A stretch of DNA of 64,000 nucleotides from Camelus dromedarius (taxonomy: Eukaryota), in assembly GCF_036321535.1 (NCBI RefSeq), contig NC_087437.1:44084001-44148000 (forward strand), written 5' to 3'. Position numbers and translations under genes: made by a program. Of this stretch, positions 27,630-40,444 are shown one piece after another. The notes under the pieces are model-generated. The model was not told the origin of the DNA. It saw nothing but the letters and a program-made list of their open reading frames with translations, and ran no database searches. The number at the start of each line of letters is the position of its first letter. Positions within the stretch are counted from its first letter, which is position 1.

Positions 27630-27930
27630 TAAAAGATGACCAACTTCACTTTTAATTAGAGAAGTACAAATTAAATCTCAGAAAGACATCTTTTTTGCCT
27701 ATAAGGTTAACAAATATCTTAAAATGTGTGATACCTATGTTGGCAAAAGTATGGGGAAATAAATACTTTTATACATTGATGGTAGGGGTATAAATTGCTA
27801 TAACCTGAATGGAAGGCAATTTGGCCAAGCTTACCAAAAATACAAGTGCGTATATATTTTTAGCCAGAACTTTCAGTTCCAAAATTTTTTCCTATAGATA
27901 CATACACACATGTGAAAACAGTTACATGTA
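27630..27930 (+). mobile_element. Old L1ME fragment (end of ORF2)
   Basis: 'aaaagatgaccaacttcac...gaagtacaaattaaa...ggaaggcaatttggc'. Confidence 0.75.
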
Positions 27931-27974
27931 GTATTATTCTCTTCGGAATATTATATTCACACACACACCCCCAA

Positions 27975-28130
27975 TTATTCCTTTAATAATCTGAGATATG
28001 GTGTCACCGAGGAGGACATTGAGACTCACAGAAAATTTGCCCAAGGTCATGCTGTGGTAACCCAAGCAGCAGAATTTGATTTCTAATTCAGTTATGTTGG
28101 ATTTCCAAACTCCTGTTTTTAACCACTATT
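27975..28130 (-). mobile_element. MIR
   Basis: 'gaggacattgagactcacagaaaatttgcccaaggtcat...tttaaccactat'. Confidence 0.75.
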
Positions 28131-30540
28131 TATTAGAACCTTCCTGATTTTGTCTTATTCAAGCTGCTTTTCTCTCAGCCCTAACAGCCGTTTGCTTACA
28201 TTTTATAGTATTTGTTGTCGCAAACCAGCACTGGACTTTTTCTAAAACCGGCTCAGTGATTAGCAGTGCATTGATGTGCCTAAGCCACAGGCCTTGGGGT
28301 ATTAGCGGACCTGGGAGCAAACCACACATCGAATATCCCAGGGCTTTTGATATATTTGAGGAGAAAACTATCATGGATGATGCAAAATGTGGTGATCTTA
28401 TTTTAGTCCATGCTTTTAGTCACTGGGCATTTTACAAAACACCAACTTAAAGCTGATAAATTTGACTTTAGCTTTTTTTTAAAATTTCCTTTAGTAGGAG
28501 TATTAGAGATAGGAAACAGACATCTGGAAAAAAAAGGAAACAAATTGAGTGACTGGATAATCCACAGGAATCAAATAAAATGACAAAATTACCTACAATC
28601 TTAATAAGTCTTAGAATTACTTGGTTATTTTGTTATAGGGTACTCAACACAATATTCCTACAAACACCTTATATGAAAATATGATAATGTGATTCTTCTC
28701 AAAAGCTCTTGAAATTTCGTAAAAATTGATATGAACACATAGTAACACAATTAAAAACAAATACTTTCCAAAGGAAGATTAGAAATGTTTTATCACCTTC
28801 CTTAGAGTAATGCATGTAGGATTTTCATTTTACGGGAAGAGGTTTTAGCTTCTTATAAACCCCCAGTTTACCTCCAGTGTCAATCAGCCTTTTAGAATTA
28901 TTTTCTAGCTCTCATGCATGTTTATCTTTTAAAAATAGTCTTATCAGGAAACATTTGCTTCAGATTTCGGGTAGCTCCATTCTCACTAGCAGTAATAAAA
29001 CAGTTCCATATATTTCTATAGTAACTTTATTTCCCAGAAAGTTCGGGACTGCATCTTGCTCTTCAAAAATGAAGCTCCCTGGGTTTCCTTCATCTGAGAA
29101 CCATTTCGGATTAGTCATTGGTTGGTCTCTGTTGTCAGTATCAGGTTGCAGGCTCTTAAAGGACACAGACTGTACGCTGTGTTATACGTCTTTACCCCAT
29201 AGTGTCCTTTGAAATGCCAAGAACTCTGAAGTTGTTTAATACAAATCACTTGGATTGATTTTTATCTTTGTAGCCAGATACAGAGGACAGATGCCATTTC
29301 CTCTGACTTTAAGATGGTCAGACATTCCTGGGGCAGCGACAGGAGCCGTATCTCAAGCTTTCCAGCCCAGTTCTGAACCTAGTAGCTTAATGCAGGGCTT
29401 CTCCCTAAAATACCCCTAACTTCAGACATGAATGAAACACGTATCTCTGTGATGGCCCAGGCGTCCTAACAGCAACTGCCTCTGGTAGCTAGAATTATTT
29501 TCAAAGTTATGTATTTGAGCTTAAAAAATTCTGTATATATTACGTTGTATTTGTTGTTGTATTCATCTGAATATCAAAATAGCATATACTTAACGTCAAG
29601 TAAAACAGATGTGCTAGGAAGCCATGCCCCCTTTATCTTGCAGGTCCTGTTACTTCCTCCCTTGACCTGTCAGACCTGGAGTGTGCGCCCCAGTTTAAGA
29701 AACCCTGGTGAGATCTTTCACAAAAGTCCCTTTGCTTTAAGGTTGACTACAAACATGCTTCACATACAGAAATTCACATGGATAGTAAAAGATTCACGAG
29801 GAGGCAGTTGGTCTGTGGCAAATAAGCCACTGACTTTCAGGAAACTAAATTCTAAATTCTGGTGGAGTCCAAGAGGGTCCCTGCAGGATGACAGGGAAGA
29901 GGAGGGGACTCAGCCTTCTACTCCTCACTTCAAACTTATCAGTCCCATCCCCATCTGCTTTTAAGGGTTTTTTTGTAAAAAGTCTTCTTTTTCTATTTTT
30001 GTGTCTTTGTTTCTTTTTATTTAAAGGAGCCATTGAATTAAAGAGAAAAAATAATACAATTCAATATAAGACTTTGAATTTCTTTGAATAACTATTTCTA
30101 TTCTACTAGACATTTATTCCTAGTCCTAGCTTTATTTTTAACCCCAAGTTTTATAAACAATGAGCAAAGAGGAGCTAATATGTCAAAACTAAAGATCACA
30201 GTGACAGCATTGTAAGACTCACGCACGTATTCCAGGCCTGACTTCTCATTCAGAACATGTCTCTTCTTGATATCATAGAGCTTTTCTGTTCAACTACTCT
30301 CAGCAACAGGGGTTCACAACTTTTTGACGCAGCCCCTTATGCTGTTGGACACCTCTCTTCATTACAAATTTCTTTCTAAAACTGAACCAGAAAGCTCTCC
30401 CCTATAATTTTTGTCCCAAACAATAAAGTCCCATGCGCTACAGAAAAGCACAAAACACAGGTGTCCCTCATCTATAAAATAACCCTCCAACAGAGATAGA
30501 TTTACTGTGAAGTCAGTCAACTTTAGCTTCAAGCCCTTCA

Positions 30541-31720
30541 TGTGCATGAATGACTTCCAAAATCCTGGAAGGGGCCCCAGAAATAGTTCTGAAGGTCATA
30601 GATTAGCAAAAAATAAGATACCTTAACCACAGTCAGTCAGGACACCTCTCTTTCCCCTCCAACATCTCCTGCATTGTATTTCCCCTCATATTAGGCGGTG
30701 TTGGAGCAGCTAGAACAGTCTGAGATCTGATTATAGGGAGCTCCAGTTGAGAATGCACTTAGTTTGGTTTAGGGCAATATGTTTATAGGGCTCTCAGGAA
30801 TTTTCATGTATATTTAATTTATTGCTATCCATTCTAATGCATAGGGAGATTTTTGGACAATTGCTACAGCTCACTCTGCTAGAACACAAAGGTGTTATTC
30901 TTTGGCCAGAGGCCCTACCGTAATATGAATATGTCCTAAGATGCCTCACACCAGAAGTATGTGGGTAGTGGATGTTTGTATGGAGTCAGAAGCTAGTTGA
31001 TCAAAATTTCTCCAATCGTTAGGTGTGTAAAATTAAGTGGAAGCTTCTCTAGCTACATTTTCTGATCTCAGGAATATAGTCTATAATGAATTATATACAG
31101 TTATAAATGCCATATATAATCTTTTGTTTTCTATGGGAATTACACAAAATAGAATTCCTCTGGATTCTTGTGGTTGTAGCGTATAAAACTGTTGCAGTAT
31201 TATGAACACTGAGTACATCTGTGACAGCTCATAAACCAAAGAAACTTGACAGAGGTTTTCCCTAATTTGCTAACAAACTTAAACATTTATATGGTATTTT
31301 CAATAATGACTTGTGAAACTGACAGAAACCTTTCTAAGATATCATTAATAAAAAACTAAATTTCAATCAACCATGCCAAGAAAAACGAATTATCTCTCTA
31401 TTCTCTCAGTAGAAAATATTACAAAATCATCGCCAAAGAGTGATTAAAGAGGTAATCAGGAATAAGAAGCAAAAATTGTAGGGAAAAGAGTATTATAAAT
31501 GTGTGCCATGCAATTAATTAATAAAAACAATATATTATTTCTGGGTTTTTAAGTAAATGTGGTATATGTTCACACTTTAAAAATTTGAGATTTTTGGTCA
31601 TTCTAAATATTCACTTTAAAAACTAATTATGCATTTATAATTTGGTATTAATTTTCATAGAAAGCTCTTCTTTTACAAATTGCATGGAGTTGAAGGCCCC
31701 AAATAACTGATTCATCCTTC
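30541..31720 (+). mobile_element. hAT-Tip100 DNA transposon relic (Zaphod-like)
   Basis: From 31252 the sequence translates to EVFPNLLTNLNIYMVFSIMTCETDRNLSKISLIKN*, then NYLSILSVENITKS, a degenerate hAT C-terminal dimerisation domain (cf. FPNL...T.CEAER.FSKL..IKN). Confidence 0.8.
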
Positions 31721-31779
31721 AAATATTCAGAAACAGCAGTTAGGTCTTTTTTCTTCTCTTCTCCAGGTAAACAACCTCA

Positions 31780-31815
31780 GGTGCTTTTCAGTGTGGTGGT
31801 GCTTTTCAGTGTGGT
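31780..31815. repeat. Perfect 18-bp tandem duplication (ggtgcttttcagtgtggt x2)
   Basis: Seen directly in the sequence. Confidence 0.95.
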
Positions 31816-32824
31816 TATGCTTTGCAGATTTCTCATCAACTACTGATTTATGGCCCATTGGCTCATTAACTAAGACTTCTCTCCCCTAAGAAGGCTGGGA
31901 ATGAGTAGATTTGAATGCTTGGGCGAAGACACAGCATAGATTAGTAAAATCAATACACGAGTGGCATCAAACGTACATGGGTATACATCCCAGACTTTCA
32001 AGTTACTAATCCTATTATATCAGGCACTGTGTTTCACCTTTACTTGAAGATTCAGGCCCCTCATGTATAAGAATACGAATAACATCACCTCGCTCAAGAT
32101 TGGGCAATGTAATGAAAAAATATGTAGGCTCAGACCTTGGCATAGAATAGATGATCAGGTAATGTTCACTATTCTTTTTATCAGTATTTAAACAGAAATA
32201 CAAGCTCTCTTCTGTACCTTTCACAGATACTGGAGAAAGTTTGATTCTTTTTTTTTTTTTAATGTAATGTTTCTCATTTTACCAGTGATGAAAAGCCTGT
32301 TTTTCCCTGGTGAGCCATCAGACAGATTGAGCAAATGAACCACTAGTCACAGAAATCAAGCCTAGTTAGGCCTGGAGGAGTTTCAGGCAATTATACAGAG
32401 TTCTGACTTCCCAGAGGACCATGTGGTTGTCAGCTGATTCCAGAAGCTTATGGTAGAACTTCTGGTGCTTTGCTGGGCCTTCTGTGTTCAGTCCTGGGCA
32501 GGGAGCCAGTTATCTGGAAGCAAGGTAAGAACATGGGACATTGTTTAAACTAACTTCTTTATATACGGATTAATTAACCAGATTGAGAATTATCAATCGC
32601 TTTACCTTCTGACAGCCTCTATTTTGGTCATTACAAGTTTAACACATTAAACAGAAGGAGAACGGCTGGGGAGGGGATAAATAGGTATTTTTAGTTGCAA
32701 TGAAAATGAGCTTGAAGTGAGGTAATGAAGAAGTCATGGTTAAAATTAGCTTCAATAATAAAAATAATGGTAAGAATAAATGATGTATGTATTTAAATTT
32801 TTTGAGATGTTCATGTTCCCATAG

Positions 32825-33249
32825 CCTGGTGGGTATCAAAGTCAAATAATTTACAGGCTAGGATGGCAAAAATAAGATGAGTGGGCTAGGCACAAACAAA
32901 TAGCTCTCTGTGACAACAACGGGAACATGTGCATGCACGCACACACGTACTCTATAAATATAATACTAAGTGAAAGCTGATAGACCCAGAGTGGGGAGAC
33001 GAGGGAGGGTGGTTGACCTGACAGCGCCTGCCTATTTCACAGGTGCTGCTCTGCTCCAAACGACTTTGGCCATGTGAAAATGTGGCAGATCTTTTTTTCT
33101 TCTCCAGCAAAGCTGGAAATCTGGAATTTTATGGTAAATCACATAATATAAAAAAATCGGACCAGTTTAAAATGAAAACAACACCTTCTGGCCAAATATA
33201 AAGTCTGCCAGGGCTGATCTGACTCCTGCACTCACATTTGTAACCTCTG
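32825..33249 (+). mobile_element. MER102-type hAT-Charlie element
   Basis: 'ctccaaacgactttggccatgtgaaaatgtggcagatc...gctggaaatctggaattttatg...tttgtaacctctg'. Confidence 0.75.
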
Positions 33250-33279
33250 CCTGCAAATGAACTGCATCACTGTGAGAGG

Positions 33280-33570
33280 AACATGTAGCCCCAGACAGGT
33301 GCTGGGGTCAGGGTTGCCAGGGAAAAGTGGCTCAGAGGAGTGACCTCTGGGCTGATTTGCGTCTTGAGCGATCCGTGGTATATCGTGTATCATGGATATA
33401 TTTATCTGTGGTATGTATTGGTGCATCTTCAGGACAGGGAAATGTAGGTGCAAAGGCAGGGAGGTGTGGACGGTGTATCTTGTTCTCAGATGCTCAACCA
33501 AGAGTATCACTGTGGGCACACGGAGGGTCTGGGGAGAAAATTGATGGTGTGCATGGTGGAAGGATATACA
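33280..33570 (-). mobile_element. L2 fragment
   Basis: 'gaggagtgacctctgggctga...caggacagggaaatgtaggtgcaaaggcagggaggtg'. Confidence 0.55.
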
Positions 33571-35599
33571 AGGTGGACTCATTTTGTTTTGCTTTCCACT
33601 GGCAACTCAATTTTTGTCCCTCTCTCTCTATCATCAAAATTATTTAATACTTTTTCTTGTTCTATTTACAGTGGAAAGACAGAAGTTTTTCCAAATAACA
33701 GAACAAAAAAGAAAGTGAGAAACACATAGAATTCCTGTGTCCCTGTCTTTTCACTTGATTCTAACAAATAGGTATACTTTATGAAAGTAATTTCTGCTAA
33801 AGCTGTTAAGAGGATGTAAAAGATTAAAGTAGTTTATACCTTTATAAATGCATGCTTTTGGAAGAATTTACTGCCATCAAAGTGGATATAATTCAAAACC
33901 AGTTTTGCTCTTCCTTCCAAGTATCTGGGTTTTCTCTCTCTCTGTCTCTTTTTTTTTTTTTTTTTTTTTTTTGTGAAAACAGAGAAAATATGACTCCTTC
34001 TTCTTTTCCTTAAAAAAAAATAAAATCCTTGTAGTTTTTCTTACTGAGGGGCCCTAATTAAAATGTTCCATTCGAAGGATTTTTTTGGCAACCCAAATTC
34101 TTGTTAAGCAAATGCTTTATATTCCTTGCCAGAGTATAAGGCTGCAGTATTCCTAGAGGGCAAATTTGCAAAAGACCATTGAACCCAAATATACAGCAAC
34201 ATACATTGTTGCAATATTTTAAAACAAGGATTGTTCCAGAAATGTTCAAAACCTAGGAATGTGTTGGTGAACATATTTTGTACATATCACTTTGGAAAAA
34301 TGAAATGATACTTTAACATCATGTTTAACAGAGAGTATGCTCATCTAGTAGATAGAAAAACAATACCATTCTCACACGCCTGTAGTCCTCTTTATCATCA
34401 GGAAAGAAAACTGGTAAGATTTTCTCTGTAACTCAAATTATTCTTTTTATATTATCATTTTAGAATCTGCCTTTTTGGATTTTTAAATTTTTTTAAAAGC
34501 CAGTACAAATTTGAGTAATTTCTGTAAAATAAACTTGAAGTCTAGTTAATTTAATTTTAAAAATGTATCAATTCTTAACATCTTCTATCAATTAGATGGA
34601 TTCATTTTTCCATGTTTTTCACATAGATTATTCTTGAAGATCAGAGAAATAAGGGAGTAAGCACATACTAATTTAAGTGAATTATTAGATTGAATTTCAT
34701 AAGCTATTTCTTGCTCTTTTTTATGATTGTAACTGTATGTAACTTTGTATAGTGATACATCATTTATTTGTAGTATCTGTTACATTCAAATTATAACTGG
34801 AAGAATTTTCTATGTAGGGAATGCAACATTTTAATTTATTAAATATTAGTAATTATAAGGAGTTATTATTTTATTTTTAATGATTTCATGAGAAGAAGAC
34901 ATTCTAAGTATGTATCCTTGAAAACAAAAGAATATTATTGATAACTCACTCCCTCCCACAAAATTTCTGAGCAACATTCTGATTTTGGCTGTGAATTTAC
35001 ATATGCCTAAATATAATTAAGTAAAACAAGCTTTTGAAATGTGCAATATATCACATTCCAAATATATGAGAGGATATGACTGGTTACTTTGTGAACTGTA
35101 TTATTAAGGGTTATGCATATTCAGCTGTAGATATATACAGTAGCTTCTATATCATTCATCAACATAATTAACTTATCACCAGCAATGAAAATGATAAAGT
35201 TAACTTAGTTTAATTACCATGAGCTAAAACTAACCATATAATCAGTAAATTAAGAGTGAATTGACTTTGTGAGCCACCTGGTTATTATTTATGCAATAGG
35301 GCCCTCTGGTTCTGCAACAGGAATAGGTACCATTCAGGAATGGCTGTGCTTTCGTCGCTTACGGACCAAATGGCAATGCTGTTCCTCCAATATAGATAAA
35401 CGGAAGACAGTTGAAATGATTTCTTTTATTAGAAATGCATAATTCATTTTGAAAATAAGATTTTTGATTAATAATTCTTATTATTAATTTTGTGGGGGTA
35501 TTTGATTTCAAGTAATAAAGAAATATAAAACCAATATTAAATCTATCCATTTAGTGCTGCAGTTCTCATGGTTTAATTCTGTTTAACTGAACCTTCGCT

Positions 35600-36738
35600 T
35601 CAGGCACACTGGCCTTTGTTTGATTGAAAGGAAGGACTCAGTTCTTTTCTACTTCTAGGCTCTCTCTCCTGCTGCCTGGTATGCTTCCGGCCCCATCCTT
35701 CAAACATTCCTATGGCTGGCTCTTCACTTTTCATCTCTCTGTTTTAAATGTTGTATCACTAAACATCTTAGGACATGTTGTCATTCTTTCACATCACATC
35801 CTGCCATTTTTTTTCCAAAAGCCTGTTACAATTAGCATTCATTTAGTTGTTTGTTTACTTTGTTCTCATCTGTCTCTCCAACTGGAATATAGCCTCTGTG
35901 AGAACCGACTATATCTGTATATTCAGCACCTAGGACAGGCAGCAAGAGAGATAAACGGCCAAGTCACTAAGAACCACACTGCCTGGTTTGAATCCTGGCT
36001 CTGTCATTTGCAAGATCTCAGGCAAGTTTCTTATCCTTTTTGGGTGTGTCGACTGAAATAAATGCACAGCCTAAAAGTTAAGAGTTATGTTTTATTCAGT
36101 AGACAATTCTAACGACTCAGCCCAGGATGACAGCCTCTCAGATCGCTCTGAGGGACTGCTCCGAAGAGGTAGGGGAGGAGCCGGGGATATATAGGAGCTT
36201 TACAACAAAGACCAGGTAGTTGGAACATTAAAAGATTACTTGTTAACTAAACAAAACCAGGCATCTCAAGTTAAAGAATTCAGCACTTTTCTATGTATGG
36301 GAGGAAGCAAACATTTGGGCTCATTGAATTCATTCCTTTGACAAGTACCCAGCTATCTAGGGCCAGTATCCTGTCCTTTCTTATTCTGAGTCCCCTCAGA
36401 GTGCACCATTGTGAATGGCTGCAGGGGCTGGGCTGCAGGCTTGTCTTCACGGGGGTGGGGGTGGGGGTGGGGGTGGCGGCAGCGGCAGCGGCAGCAGCTG
36501 ATGACTTGAGGGTTTCAGCATTCTTTGTTTACTGATATGGTTTGCAGTATTTTTCATTCACAGGTGTCATCTATAAAATGGACACAATAACTAAAACAAC
36601 CAGAATACTAGAACAAAGATCACATGAAATATGCCTATTACTTGGCATACACTGAGGCCTTATTAAATGTCAGCAAGCTAGATATCAGTGTCTGGTACAC
36701 AGTAATTAATCAATAAACATTTGCTGAGTGAATGAATA
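35600..36738 (+). mobile_element. L2 3' region (35600-35932 and 36687-36738) with a nested MIR (~35935-36680)
   Basis: The L2 tail 'cagcacctag | cagtgtctggtacacagtaattaatcaataaacatttgctgagtgaatgaat' is split by MIR 'ctgcctggtttgaatcctggctctg...tcatctataaaatgg'. Confidence 0.75.
36047..36562 (-). mobile_element. ERV1-class solo LTR, 516 bp
   Basis: TG...CA termini; perfect 4-bp TSD GGTG (36043-36046 and 36563-36566); minus-strand AATAAA (36091-36096) and TATATA (36188-36193). Confidence 0.92.
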
Positions 36739-36739
36739 A

Positions 36740-36900
36740 CAGCTTTGATGCCAGGAAGACCGGGATTTGAATGCTGCTTCTGTCACTTATGACCTTGGCA
36801 AAGTTACTTAAAGTTCCTTAACTTTTTTGAACCTCAGTTTCTCAGTGTATAAAACGATGTTGACTTTTTGGACACTTTTGTTAAGGGTGAAATGAGGTGC
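36740..36900 (+). mobile_element. MIR
   Basis: 'gggatttgaatgctgcttctgtcacttatgaccttggcaaagttactt...gaacctcagtttctc'. Confidence 0.8.
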
Positions 36901-37360
36901 TTTTTATAGCATGTTTTATGATTTACTTTTGTTAAAAAAAAATAGAGGCCCTCGTGATTGTTCCTACTCCAGGACCGTGGTGCTCAGCAGCCCTGCCTGA
37001 GGCCATTTGTACCTGTTGTTGAAATAATTATCCTTAATAGTTCCAGTCATTGAAACTGTTGAGGTATAAATAACAAAACCAAATTCGAGCTAATTTTAGC
37101 CTAGATGAATTAAGAAATTAATGAAAGCACATTTATTGTAACTACTGGTTTGAACAAGATTTATTCATGGTATGTTCATAACCTAAATTTACTGTGGTTC
37201 TTCAATGCCCCTGTAAACTTTATGGATTTGGTGTTTCTTTTCTTGAATGAAATTCCTGGCAGATGTCATGGCTTTTCTTTTCACTGTCACAAGTTAGAAG
37301 AGTCCTATAGTCACTTTAAGTCACAAACATAATTTCAATTAGGTAATTACAGCATTCTGG

Positions 37361-37862
37361 TGTATTAGTTTTCTGTTGTTGCTATAACCAATTAACAAGA
37401 ACTTGACAGCTTAAAACAAAACAAATTCACTGTCCTATAGTTCTATAGATCAGAAGTCCAAAATGTATTTCACTGGATTAAGATGGAGGTGTCCACATGA
37501 CTGTTCCTTTCTGGAAGCCTGAGGAAGAATCTGCCTTTCCAACTTCTAGAGGCCAATTGCATTCATTGGCTGAAGTCCCCTTCCTCCGTCTTAAAAACAA
37601 ACAATAGCAGATCAAGTCTTTCTCACATCACATCTCTCTGACTCTCCTTTCTGTCTGTTCCTCTTCTACTTTTAAGGACTTATGTCATTAGATTGGGTCC
37701 ATCAAGATAATTTAGGGTAATAACTCCATCTGAAGGTCACCCGATTAGTAATTTTAATTGCACATACAACCTTAATTCCCTTTTGTCATGTGACATAATA
37801 GTACGCAAGTTTAAGGGATTAGGATTTGGAGGTGTTTGGGAGCCAATATACTGCCTACCATA
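37361..37862 (-). mobile_element. MaLR solo LTR (MLT1D-like)
   Basis: 'tgtattagttttctgttgttgctataac...cagaagtcc...gggattaggatttgg...ctgcctaccata'. Confidence 0.9.
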
Positions 37863-38339
37863 CTTGACCTGTCTAGTATTGAAAAATCTTGCCTTTTAGA
37901 CTAGGATTTTCCATTGATTAAGCTTTATAAGGCATGAGCCAGGATCCTTCCAGTTTTACCTTCAAGTGGTAGCAAATGCATTTTACATTCTAAAACTTTC
38001 CACATGGTCCCCTTGAAGTCCCTCTACTCAGGCTTGTGACTCAATGTAGCCATTCTCCCAATCTTTCTCCCAAAAGATGGATTAGTCTCACAGCACAGCA
38101 ATTGTTGTCTATAAAGAAAGCTGTTCATTTCCACACCAAACATTCTCTTACACTCTCTTTAATTAATATCACTATCATTGGTCAAGCTAAGGGGTCTGAG
38201 AGTTAACAGAACAATCTCTTGAAGCCATTTCATTATGAATTTAATTTGTGTACTGTCAAAGCGGTGTTCTTCTCACATTTGTTGAGGCAAGAAGAGTCCA
38301 TGTATCCTGGTACGTAAGTTTAAGCCACCATATCATAGA

Positions 38340-38740
38340 ATCCAAAGGCTATATCTTCTCAAAGACTGAAACTACAAAAAGCCTCGAGTAAGACAAACTA
38401 ATTTCTCTTTGTCTCTTGACGTGTCTCTGTGTCTTCCTACAAATCAGCTTCATCATTCTCTCTTCTGTGAATAGCTGTTCTATGGTTCCTGGTCTCATGG
38501 CTGAACATGGCTATACATATAGCGCCTAATTTGACATATTACAAGCCTAACCTTAATTCTCTTTCAGTCCCAAATCAAAATTCCAGGGGGCAAAATCTCT
38601 GATTTCCTTAGCTGGGGCTCTTTGTACATATGGGTCCAATCAACTATAACCTGTGGAATGAGCTATATTATATAGAACAAAATGCTCCACTCCTGTAGAG
38701 TTGAGAAATAGATAAGAGAGGATCATTTTGACGGGAAAAC
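38340..38740 (-). mobile_element. Ancient MaLR LTR (MLT1J/K/L-like)
   Basis: 'gcttcatcattctc...tctctgatttccttagctgggg...ggtccaatcaactata'. Confidence 0.55.
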
Positions 38741-38859
38741 CTTCCAAAACCTGTATCACAGTAGTATGTAAATCTTATAATAACAATAAAACAAAAATAA
38801 TAATCATTACTATAGTTGAAGTTTGTTGAGAGTCTATTATCATCCAAACCCTGCATGAT

Positions 38860-39023
38860 CATATAGAACTATCACCTAACCCTGTGTGGAGGGTCAGGTG
38901 TTTTCTCCATCTTTCTGAAGAACATATTGAGGCACAGAGAAGTGTAATAATTTGCTCAAGGTCACATGGGGAGTAAGTAGTGGCTGGGACCTAAATCCCT
39001 ATTTCTCTTACTCCAAAGTCCAT
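38860..39023 (-). mobile_element. MIR
   Basis: 'tgaggcacagagaagtgtaataatttgctcaaggtcacatg...actccaaagtccat'. Confidence 0.85.
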
Positions 39024-39984
39024 CAAAAAGATGTCAATAGAATGATGTCCACTGTATAATTTTAACAGAAAAAAAAGCATGTTTCAAAACTTTCTGTACA
39101 TTAGAATTGATATCTCTATTCACGCCTACACCTGTGACTGTATATATCTCTCCGTACGTCTGTATCACATCTGTAAGCAATCTACCTGTCTGACTCTCCC
39201 TTCCTTTACTTTCTCTCTACCATATACATTTAAAAGTTAATACTGGATACTTCTGAGGATGGAATCGTGTATTTAATTTCTATTTCCTCTGTCTGTGATT
39301 TTGTTAATGATCATGTATTATTAATGATTCTAAGAAAATAACTTTATTTGCTTCCTAAGGAACAGACATGTTATGCTTATTTTCTTATTTGGCTGGGTCC
39401 CTGGAGAGTGCAAGGTTTTCCTTAGGTGGCTTCTGGTCTGCTTTCTTCCACAGCTCAAACAGGATTGTCCTGCTGTTTCCCTTTTCTAACTAAAATCCCA
39501 CAAATCAACATGGTGGCTAAGACACTCGCATTATTCTTTGTAAAAGTATGGGTTTATAAGAAACAAGCTGTGAAATGTCTGCTAAGGGACATTTATAGCC
39601 ACCCTTCTCCCCTAGTAGAACATCCACGTTTTATAGCTTTTAAATTATACCACATTTTTTCCTCCAAGGTCCCTTTAAGGAATTCTTATTAAAGTTTACA
39701 AAAATTTCTTTGCTTATCAACTAAATTTATCAAATACTTATTAAATACCTATTTATGCACATATAAATGTTTCTTTTTGTTAGCTATTTTCCAGCACTAA
39801 TAATCTCAGATTCCATTTAGAAACATCAGAGACACAAATTATAGATAAATTGTATGGATATCTTTGGCATTTTTTGAAAGCACAGTTTTAGGATCTCTTG
39901 TCTTTTATCTTCTAATTTAATATAAAGAACAGTCAAGAATCATAAATAAGGCTTAATTTTTTTCTTGAAGTAGTAAATAAATGC

Positions 39985-40444
39985 TTTCTTTTGATTATGA
40001 AAGTAACAGGTAATTTGTTTTAAAATATCAAAAATCAAGAAGGATGCAAGGAAGAAATTAGACAATAACCAAAAATTCTATTATGTAGCAATAATTATTG
40101 TAATATTTTTAGCATGTATCATGTCCTTGACAAAAGTGTACCACAACAATTAAAATGCATTGAACAGTTTGTAAATCAATGAATCATTCTGCATTAACAG
40201 TTGCAGATGAATCCACTGTACTATTTTATAAATTATTTTATTTTAAAAATCTCCTATTGTTAGCATTTAATTGCTCATATGTTTTATATTGTAAACAACA
40301 CTGATAAATGTTACATAAACTCATTTGCGCACTTTTCTAGTTATTGTCTTGGAAAAATTCCTAAGAGTGAAATTTCAAAAGGTATGACTTTCTTTAATAC
40401 TTTAGATATATTTTGCCAAGTTGCCTTTCAAAAAGCTTGCACCA
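39985..40444 (-). mobile_element. Old L1ME 3' region, resuming at ~44594-44640
   Basis: 'aaattcctaagagtgaaattt...ttgccaagttgcctttcaaaaagcttgcacca' continues as 'aagattgcaccaatttttattgtcatcaacagtg'. Confidence 0.75.

Larger units (their letters stand above)
30280..31890 (-). mobile_element. L3/CR1 remnant split by a hAT element (pieces ~30280-30540 and ~31720-31890)
   Basis: 'ttctttctaaaactgaaccagaaagctctcccctataattt...gcccttca' and 'aatattcagaaacagc...cttctcttctccaggtaaac' resemble consecutive antisense L3 segments. Confidence 0.55.

Noticed and set aside
29509..29964. 151-aa ORF
   Set aside because: No recognisable protein similarity or exon structure; this length is expected by chance in 64 kb.
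36293..36535. ORF with a GV-repeat and poly-Ala run
   Set aside because: Translation of the G-rich simple repeat inside a solo LTR.
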